A DNA stretch of 64,000 nucleotides. It comes from Gekko japonicus. Lineage: Eukaryota. The DNA lies in the NCBI RefSeq assembly GCF_001447785.1, contig NW_015176462.1, positions 89,209-153,208 of the forward strand. Reading direction: 5' to 3'. The position numbers and the translations under genes are program-made. Positions within the stretch are counted from its first letter, which is position 1; each line of letters begins with the position of its first letter. The notes under the pieces are model-generated. The model saw only the letters and a list, made by a program, of their open reading frames with translations. It was not told the DNA's origin and did no database searches. Positions 55,771-64,000 of the stretch are shown here, piece by piece.

Positions 55771-57174
55771 CATAATGTCGGACCCTGGATGTCATTTTTA
55801 TCCCACCCCTCTGCCCAGGATGTGATTCTTCCCTGTCTCCAGTTTACCCTCACGACAACTCTGTGGGTTAGGTTAAGCTGGAAGAGAGAGTGACTGGGCT
55901 CAAGATCACCCTGGCTACGTGGGGATTTGAACCCACGGCCTAATTAGACACTAACCACACCACTCCACTGCCTCCCCCCCTTCAGTGCTGTCTCCTCATT
56001 ACTGACCCCCCCCAGCTGTTTGTAGTCTTAATAACAAAAAAAGACAAGCATGGTAGAGGTACTTGTGTTTTTCCTTGCTAGGGCCATGGTTATGTGCAAC
56101 CTGCTTTTAATAATTTATTGACTTCATTTATATTCCATGTTTCTCCACAGTTGGGAGACCCAAAGCACTTTCATTGTATCCCCTTTGACCCCATGGCTCT
56201 TCTGGGTATCCTGGAACCTGCATGGACAAAATATATGTGGGATGGGAGCTGTAAGTAAGAGTGGCAATTGGGTGAGACTGAAAAACTGGCTAGATCGAAC
56301 CCTGATTGAACCCCGGTTCAGAAAAGCAGCCAAGAAGAAGCTGAGGATCCATTTTGACTGGGGAAAATGTTGTGTGCTGTTCCTTGAAACCAGTCCGTCT
56401 GCAACCCCACAGGGCTACTTTTTAAGGCTGAATTAAATGTTGGCATGATCAAAGACATATTTTCAATAGTACATGCAGTTTGGCCCTTACACCCAGAAAT
56501 TTTGAAGTCCCTTCTGACTTAAATGATACTACTAATTTAACCTGTATGTTTTGAGTAGTGCCGTAAATCCCTGCTAAAAAGATTCTAGGTAGGACCACTG
56601 CCCCACCCCCCCCCCCCCCCCCACCACCATGGCTATGATATTCTATGCTATTAAAAGCTGTATGACAGAATTTCAATATATTTCTATATTTGGGAAACCT
56701 GCATACGCTTCATATCTGGCTCTGATGTTGTTATTTCAAAAGCATTAGCAGAATTTCCCAGGGCAGAGTGGTGTTGGAGGGGTGGTCTGCACATCCCTGA
56801 TTTGGGAAAATTGATCTTAAATTCTGACCCCTTGATTCTGAAGGTATTTAACTTCCCTTTTAAATTATTTATAAATATCCAAATTAGAAATACCTGAAAA
56901 ATAATATCAGTTTATTCTGTAATCTTCTGTGTGTTGCAACATGTGATTCCAGACTTTTATGAAGTTTTTCAGTTGCAGTAATGTAGTTGATCTGATCATA
57001 TTGAGCATGCGTTTAAAATGCTCTAACTGCTCCCTCCTATGTGGTACAGAGGTTTGCTTCAAGGACAGGCATAAAATAAATGAACCACGGTAATGATGTA
57101 AGAAAGTTCTTGTAATCTTTGCTACGCAATTAAACAGACGTAGTTCTGTTGTGCATGACACTCTGAAGTTCCAT

Positions 57175-57395
57175 GGGGTGTGTGGAAAGTGCCGTCAAGT
57201 CACAGCCGACTTGTGGAAACTCTGTATGGTTTTCAATGCAAGACACATTCAGAGGTGGTTTGCCCTTTTCCAACTCTCTGCGTAGTGACCCTGGATTCCT
57301 TGGTGATTGCCCATCCAAATACTGACCAGGCCTGATTCTGCTTAGCTTCCAAGATCTGACTAGATCAAGCTAGCCTGGACCATCCAGGTCAGGGC
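57175..57395 (-). mobile_element. 5S rRNA-derived SINE (SINE3) with RTE-like tail
   Basis: Reverse complement GATCTAGTCAGATCTTGGAAGCTAAGCAGAATCAGGCCTGGTCAGTATTTGGATGGG aligns with the 5S rRNA internal control region; it is followed by a non-5S body ending GACTTGACGGCACTTTCCACACAC. Confidence 0.75.
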
Positions 57396-57911
57396 CTAAG
57401 ACTCTATACCAACCAAAATTACTTCCATTGCTATCTGACAATATTTTACATGTTTGAGGATTTCTATCACACATGGTAAAATGTTGCATTTTTAGTCCAG
57501 CAGTGCCAACAATTCTCATCCATATTGGTAAAGATTTTTTTTGCAAATTTATATTGAGGATAAATACCATTGATTGGCCTGAAGTTACTTACTTTAATAC
57601 GATTTTAATTCCATGTAAGGGTGCTTCAGCAATATTGCCAGTATGTTTGTTCACTGTACTACAATGCAATTGTTTCTGCACAGCCTGCCTCAGTATCCCT
57701 CTGGTCTATAATGCCAGATCTGGAATACTGATTTTGCGTAGGTAATGCAGGGCCCATCTCATTATATAACTGTGGGCCAACATGTTACTTTTCTTCTGGG
57801 GATGTCATAACATTCAGTGAAGAGACATATTACCCAGTTCCCTGTTTCTTAGACACAAGGGAGCCCTATTCAGAGTGAGACCCTGGCAACAAGTGGAGAT
57901 GAGTCTTAGAT

Positions 57912-58566
57912 CAGGGGTCCCCAACACTGTGCCTGTGGGCACCATAGTACTGGCCAGTCCTTCCCCTGGCTTCTGGCAAGCTGTTTTAGAAATTGGGGTT
58001 GTTATTGACTGCTAGGGCTGCCAACCTCCAGGTGGGGTCTGGTGATCTCCCGGAATTACAGCTGATCACCAGACTACAGAGATTTCTTCCTCTGGAGAGA
58101 AAAATGGCCGCTTTGGAGGATGGACTCTATGGCATTATACCCTGCTGAGGTCCCTCCTCTTCCCAAACTCCACTTCCCAATGCTCCACCCACAACATTTC
58201 CAGAAATTTCCAACCCAGAGTTGGTAACCCTATTGTCTGCCCTCATTCAGTGAAATGGATTTTCTACTGCAGTAGGCTCAGGAGGGCTGGTAAGCAGGGG
58301 CTGGTAAGCCGCCCCTGTGTTTTCCTTGGTGTGTAGTTCCATTTCACCTTCAGGCTTCCCCACTTTTTATTATTCCTTTTATTTCCCCCTCCCTTGCCTT
58401 GGGACTTCCTTCATTTCTTCTACCCTTCTGTGATTCTTTTGCAAAGTGAATAGGGAGGTATTGTGTTTGGCTCTGCCTTCTGCAGCAGCCATTTTTGGAT
58501 GGCATTCAGCACCCCCTTTCGAAATTCCAAAAGTGCCCGCAAGCTCAAAAAGTTTGGGAACCCCTG
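57912..58566. mobile_element. hAT-Charlie-like element with a nested TAGGG-type MITE (58013-58232)
   Basis: Outer TIR CAGGGGTCCCCAA / TTGGGAACCCCTG, imperfect TSD TCTTAGAT/CCTTAGAC. Inner TSD TTGACTGC/TTGTCTGC. Confidence 0.75.
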
Positions 58567-58755
58567 CCTTAGACCTTCCCACATACCATTTTCCCGATGT
58601 GGCTGCGGAAGGGCTATTTGTGCCCTTTTGGAAATATAATCTGTAGCTCATTAGTGCACACGTAGCCCCCAGTGGAGCTAAGAGTGCCCTCTGAACCATT
58701 CCCAGTACCTGTCTCCATAGGCTATGTAATTTTTCATTATTTAACGTGTCATGTT

Positions 58756-58961
58756 CAATGTTCCCTCTAAGCTGTGGAGTCTTCTGAGCAAAAAGTTTGC
58801 TTTGTGAGCTACCGGCATTAAAGTTGTGAGCAAGTGATTTGGCTACTGCATAAATTAGTTTGCTCTGGAGCCGTCCTTCCTGAGCTAAGACAAAAATGTG
58901 TGAGCCAGAGGCTAAAAAACTGTGAGCTAGCTCACACCAACTCAGCTTAGAGGGAACACTG
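58756..58961. mobile_element. hAT MITE family A, copy 4
   Basis: Same TIRs; 8-bp TSD GTCATGTT. Confidence 0.9.
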
Positions 58962-59574
58962 GTCATGTTAACACTTATGCTTTGCGTCAGTTCTGTTTTT
59001 AGATTTCCAGTTGGTTCTATAACCCTAATCCTATTACATTGTTTACTGAGTGTTCCATCCTGTTGATTGCATTGACTCACCCTATGTAAACCACCTTGAG
59101 TCTCAGTGGCAAAGGCAGACTATAAATAACGTAAATAAATATATGCTGCAGACCTGATCCAAATTTGGGACCTTGTGTGCCTGGGCTCACACAGAAGTGG
59201 GAATGCTTTGGGACTGGGCACTACTTTCTAGGAATCTTGTCTCCCTATGGTTACACTCCAGTGTTGGAGTTTGCTTAATAAAGTGTATAAAAACAAGGCT
59301 GAATTAAGGTCCCTCAAGCAAAGTACATCCATTACCTCCTCCATTGTCTCTGCCAGCCGGGTCTGAACCAAGCCCCTGTTGCCCTGGCCGTTCTGTGTGG
59401 CCTTAGTTCAGATCCAGCCAGTGCTGGTGCAGGTCCAGGGAGTGATGCCTGCCACCTCCTTCCCTGCCAGTGACTGGGAGTCACCCGAGTCTCTGCAGTG
59501 TATTAACACCCTCCTCACTGTGCCACCCCAAGCAGTGGCTTGGGTGCAGAAACAACCATCTGTGAAGGCACGCC

Positions 59575-59915
59575 CAGGGGTCATTTCGTAGAAAAAGAGC
59601 TAGGGGAACTCATTAGCATAACTCATTAGCATATGCCACACCCCCTGACATCAGGGGCCCGGCGGTGGACCTGCAAGGCCGGCGGGAGTGCGAGGAAGCC
59701 CCGCCAAGGCCCTAGCTGGCCCCAGCCAGGCAGGGGTGGGGAGAGGCGGGGAGGAAGCAACTTACCGTCCCTCTTCTCCTGCCTCCTCCTGGCTGAATGA
59801 GGGCTGGAAGCGGGGCGGCCGGAAGCGGGGGGTGGGGCTTCATCATGTGCCCCGCCCCCCGCACCTCACCCGGGGGAACTGCGTTCCCCCGTGTTCCCCC
59901 CCGAAATGACCTCTG
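59575..59915. mobile_element. hAT MITE family B
   Basis: Same TIRs as 46940-47385; 8-bp TSD GGCACGCC. Confidence 0.9.
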
Positions 59916-60321
59916 GGCACGCCTAATATGCACCAATGGAATCAGAATGTAATTCTCCCTTCTGAGCAAGGTATTAAATGCAGGTGTTGCATCCTTACCA
60001 GGGAGTTTGCTGCAGGTATGTGTTTATAGCAGCTGCGAACTCTATAAACCTGAAGGGAGTGTGAGCAGCAATACACAGGCAATGCAGAAATTAGCAAAGG
60101 AAATTGATTGATGGTGGTTAATGGTATTCAAGGGGTAGATGCAAAATATTCTCATTGCTGTCATTTGGTACATGAAATTGATGTGTGCAGAATCAAACGT
60201 AATTCTGATCTTCTTTACAGCTGCTGGAATTGAAAGGCAGTAAAGAGCTTTACAGAAAGAAAGAATCTGTGGACAATTATTCAGACTGGGGCATGAAGAT
60301 GAAGAGTGACCTGCAGCGAGC

Positions 60322-60409
60322 ATGACATCACTGGCCAACGCCATTGCTTCCCAGCAGTCTGAGTGGGTCTCTTTCAGTGATGGGCTGCTCCTCCCAGTTA
60401 CCTCCCAGG
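60322..60409 (+). CDS. STON2: STON2 (stonin-2) first coding exon, [30 protein letters not shown]; the exon starts at 60221 with 5'UTR
   Basis: Resembles the human stonin-2 N-terminus (MTTLDHVIATHQSEWVSF), with a WVxF AP-2 motif. In-frame upstream TGA, acceptor TTCTTTACAG at 60220, donor GTAAAT; syntenic downstream of SEL1L. Confidence 0.9.
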
Positions 60410-60738
60410 GTAAATTCCTTCTGTCTGATGAAGCAGACTGATGCCACCAGTCACTTCCTTTGATGCAGTGCAACTCTGTCCATAGGCTGCCATTGCACAC
60501 CCAAAGTGCAGACCCCCTTTATCATTTCACTGGAGGTGCATCCCTTTGCCTAGGGTTTGTCTCAATAGCGCACAGTTTGTAGCATGCGACATGAATCAAG
60601 GCCAGCCCAACCCACCGCAGTGGCCCAACGCACCCTTATTTCCTGCTACTGGGAGCAGGACCAGCCCTACCCAGCAGACAAATTAAGCAGAGATCAATGA
60701 ATTTCCCAAACTGGGCTAGAAATCAAGGGTTGTGAATT

Positions 60739-61037
60739 AGAAGAAGAAGAAGAAGAGATTGGATTGGATTTATACCCCGCCCTTCACTACCCAAAGGTGT
60801 CTCAGAGCGGCTTACAAACTTCTTTCCCTTCCCCTTCCCCTTCCCACAATAGACACCCTGTGAGGTAGGTGGGGCTGAGAGAGCTCTTGACAGAAACTGC
60901 TCTTTTTCAAGAACAGCTCTTATCAGAACTACGGCTTGCCCAAGGTCATCCAGCCAGGTGCAAGTGGAGGAGTGGGGAATCAAACCCGGTTCTCCCAGAT
61001 TAGAGTCCGCACACTTAACCACTACACAAAACTGGCT
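60739..61037 (-). mobile_element. Squam3-like SINE, full length
   Basis: Reverse complement of the 45111 family, with the (TTC)n tail. Confidence 0.85.
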
Positions 61038-62145
61038 ATGATATTTGTATCTCTATGGTTATCCCCACATTCTGCATCCAAACCTTCACCTTAAACGTAA
61101 AAAGCCATCTCTCGATAGAAGTCAAATCAGTAGGCTGGACATCAGCATGTCCTATATCTCCTACAGGAGTTTGTTTGCATGTTTTACTCAAGTATCTGCT
61201 TAACCATGAAGCTCTCTGGCCTTGGGCCAGTCACTAGAGTTGGCAGGCATGTCCTGACAACCAGCAAGAGACCGAGAGGGCAGGGGAAAGACGGTGGCAA
61301 TGGTGTGATGTCCCTTCCGGGGTTTCCAGCGTTTCCTAGGGAGGATTGATGTCACTCCTGGCTTTCCCCCCTAAGTGGCATCACACTGTTGGTCTGCTGG
61401 TCATTTTGTAATTTTTTTCTCAGCAGAAAATAGGAGTTGGGAGTGAAAGATCTCCCAACTGGGGCCTGGCAACCTTTCCAGTCACTCTCTCTTAGCCTAA
61501 CATGCTTCACAGGGTTGCTGCAATGATATGATTGGGGAAGGGACACCTTGTAAGCTGTTCTGAACTCCCTAGGGGAAGGGCAGCATAAAATAATGAATCA
61601 GTAGTATGCCACACATAGTGAAAAAGGGAAACGTGACAATGTGACAACATTGTCAGGATCAGTGAAATAAAAGGTATTCTTCATTGTTCCTTACAGCCCT
61701 ACAACTTTCTATTTTTGTGGGAGAGCTGTATTTTATGAGAAATGCAGGGATGACAATGAAAAACAGCAGGGCTCAAGTTGAGTTCCATCTTCCCCATCGG
61801 TGATATGTAGTTCAGCTTACCCCGTGTCATTACAATGTTTGTTTTCTGCCATAGCAGCTCCATGTCATAGCCCGGCAGGGTTGAGAAAATGTTCAGCAAA
61901 GGATCTTGTAAAGAGGCAGATGTTAGAGATAGGGAAGGGAAGATCTTGATGTATGGTTGCCATTTTCAGCAGAAACCTGCATTTTTAAAAAAAATAATGC
62001 AGCTGTGGCCTTAGAAGCACAAAACTGTAGCTCTGGTACATGACATTAAAACTTTACAAATAGTTTCAAATGATGAAAAAGTTTAAAGAAAATAAAGGCC
62101 GCTGCCATACTATGTTATCCAAGAACATTGTGTCTCTTGTTTCAG

Positions 62146-62403
62146 GTCATCCTGTGGAATCTCTTGAGCAGTTTCTCTCCTCATCTGATACGTCCTCTGA
62201 AGGCGTTCAAAACCTGGATGGAGAATTTCAGACTCTTGCCCAAGCTGAGCTGGGAGACTCAATGGACAAAGCGACTGCAGACCTTGCATCAAAATGTTCA
62301 CTTGAAACCCATCCATCTCCAAAACTTGATTTATCTTCATCCTTCAGCACCTGGGTCCAGTTTGAAGATGCCCCCTGGACCAGCACTTCACCCGAGCACA
62401 CAG
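62146..62403 (+). CDS. STON2: STON2 second coding exon (...DLSSSFSTWVQFEDAPWTSTSPEHT); the gene continues beyond the window
   Basis: Acceptor TGTTTCAG in matching phase 1; WVQFED..W.STSP matches stonin-2. The donor CAG|GTTGAA is weak, so the 3' boundary is less certain. Confidence 0.85.
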
Positions 62404-63596
62404 GTTGAAATGTCTTCCTATGTTCAGGTCTATTGGCAGTAATATAGGCAGGAGTGGCAACAAATTATATTGACAGCAGTCTTCTTTTGCAGTGAGTGTA
62501 TGTTTAAGATTCAGTGACCTTGGCAGCCAGCAGAAGGGTAATAGCCACATTTCCCCCAATGGCATAGTATGGGCACTCCTGTAATGCTTGATCCAGGCTT
62601 CTGCAAGCCAAAAGGAATAGTTGGACCCTTACTTAGATGATTGATTGAAGAGACCATCTCCAAGGTGTTGGTTCATGACTTTTATTTTCAGTTTGGTTTT
62701 TCTTGTCCTGCTGAGTACAAAATAGTTCACGCCATGGGAGAGGAACAGCTAAAATATCCCTCATCACAGAAATGTGATTTCTTATTAAAATAACAGTATG
62801 ATGCCAGGCCTGGAAATGATGTGATAGGAAATAACTACAGCTGTCATACAAAATAATGGCATCTTGATTTCATATGTTACTTGCAGGACAACATCAAGGT
62901 ATTTTGTCACAAACACATGAAGCTGCCTTATATTGAGACAAATGCTAGGTCTGTCAAGGTCAGTAGTGTCCATTCTGATTGGCAGTGGCTCTCCAGGGTC
63001 TCAGGCAAAGGTTTTGCAAATTGTCTCCTGATCCTTTTCACCAGAGATGCCCAGGATTGAATGTGGGGCTTCCTGCATGCCACATGTTCTACCACTGAGC
63101 CGTGGCTTTCCCCTTCTCTTCCACAATCATCCCAAGTAAAGTATACCAATTGTCTCCACCCAAACCACAGTGCTTTGGGCCCAAGCTGAGCCTTTGTAGC
63201 ATTGCTGGTACAGTTCTAGGAGGCAGTGCCTTTCTCCTCCCATGCTGTTGGTAACTAGAGACAAGCTGAGCACACATGAACACATGGAGCTCCCTTATGC
63301 TGAATCAGACCATCGGTCCATCAAAGTCAGTATTGTCTACTCAGACGGGCAGTGGCTCTCCAGGGTCTCTTGCTGAGGTCTTTCACATCACCTACTACCC
63401 AGTCTAAGGACTGAACCTGGAACCTTCTACAAGTCAAGCAGATGGTCTACTCCTGATCCCTGGCTTCTATGGTGTGTCAACACCTTCTTCATTGTGCCTC
63501 CCCAAACAGTCTCTTGGGTACCTTGGGTGGAGAACCAGTCTTGGTTACTGGTGCAATATGGGGCAGGTTCCCACAGAAGCATTACAGCAGTCTTGA

Positions 63597-64000
63597 ATAG
63601 GAGTGTGCATTCAGCTTTGCCAGATTGAAAAAAATACCCCCAAAGTACCTTATCGGTATTTTTCAGGTATTAGTTAAGCTGAATCAGATTCTCTAACCTG
63701 ATTCGGCTGCTGATAAGGTTTCCCGAATAAAAGCCGATCTTATTTGGCTTTTATTCAGGGACTCGAATTGGGGATGAAAGGCAATGGTCAGTTTCAGTCT
63801 TGGAGGGAAGGCAGTTTAAACTGCCTTCCCTCAGTTTCCCCAGGTGCCCCGCAAGCTGCAGGGCAACTGGGGAAGCCCAGTCTTGGACAGAAGGCAGTTT
63901 AAACGGCCTTCCCTCCGAGACCTGGGCTTCCCCAGACACCCCACAGCAGCGGGGCGCCTGGGGATAGGAAGGCAGAGCTGGTCAGTTTCAGTCTTGGAGG
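63597..64000. mobile_element. Left part of a TAGG-terminus DNA transposon with internal repeats, running off the window
   Basis: Starts TAGGAGTGTGCATTC (compare TAGGGATGTGCATTC at 28593); repeated CAGTCTTGGA..GAAGGCAGTTTAAAC units. Confidence 0.55.

Noticed and set aside
57280-57395. Functional 5S rRNA gene
   Set aside because: Many substitutions, no 5S 5' or 3' ends, and fused to a retroposon tail.
58379-59080. 233-aa minus-strand ORF, the longest in the track
   Set aside because: It runs across MITE A and a Charlie-like MITE, has no recognisable domain, and is most likely a chance ORF.
62070-62145. ATG at 62070 as the STON2 start
   Set aside because: The upstream exon at 60322 supplies the conserved N-terminus, and there is a good acceptor at 62145.
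62343-62362. REST/NRSE site in the STON2 exon (TTCAGCACC...)
   Set aside because: The left half matches but the right half (GGTCCAG vs GGACAG) does not, and coding constraint on FSTWVQ explains the sequence.

Overview
This is eukaryotic, repeat-rich vertebrate DNA, most likely from a gekkotan lizard, judging by the Sauria SINE, Squam3-like SINEs, CR1/L2/L1 LINEs and hAT MITEs. It has two assembly gaps. The + strand carries the last 14 coding exons of SEL1L (ERAD HRD1 adaptor; human-equivalent exons 8-21, 1362-24030) and a probable ~5.8 kb 3'UTR ending near 29.8 kb. A CpG-island promoter follows (~42.6-43.2 kb), then the first two coding exons of STON2 (60322-62403). This is the same tandem SEL1L->STON2 order as in human. 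The most notable accessory signals are: (1) a full-length, TSD-bounded, ORF1-only L1 derivative (half-L1/HAL1-like), nearly intact, in the last SEL1L intron; (2) palindromic Penelope-like insertions carrying minimal hammerhead-ribozyme motifs, one in the putative SEL1L 3'UTR with the cleavage nucleotide mutated; (3) a SINE that appears to supply the branch point and pyrimidine tract of a SEL1L exon; (4) several young hAT MITE families, one packed with POU/ETS/Sp motifs; (5) a 5S-rRNA-derived SINE; (6) a uORF whose stop overlaps the STON2 start codon. Comparisons with human proteins and repeat families are from memory; no searches were run.
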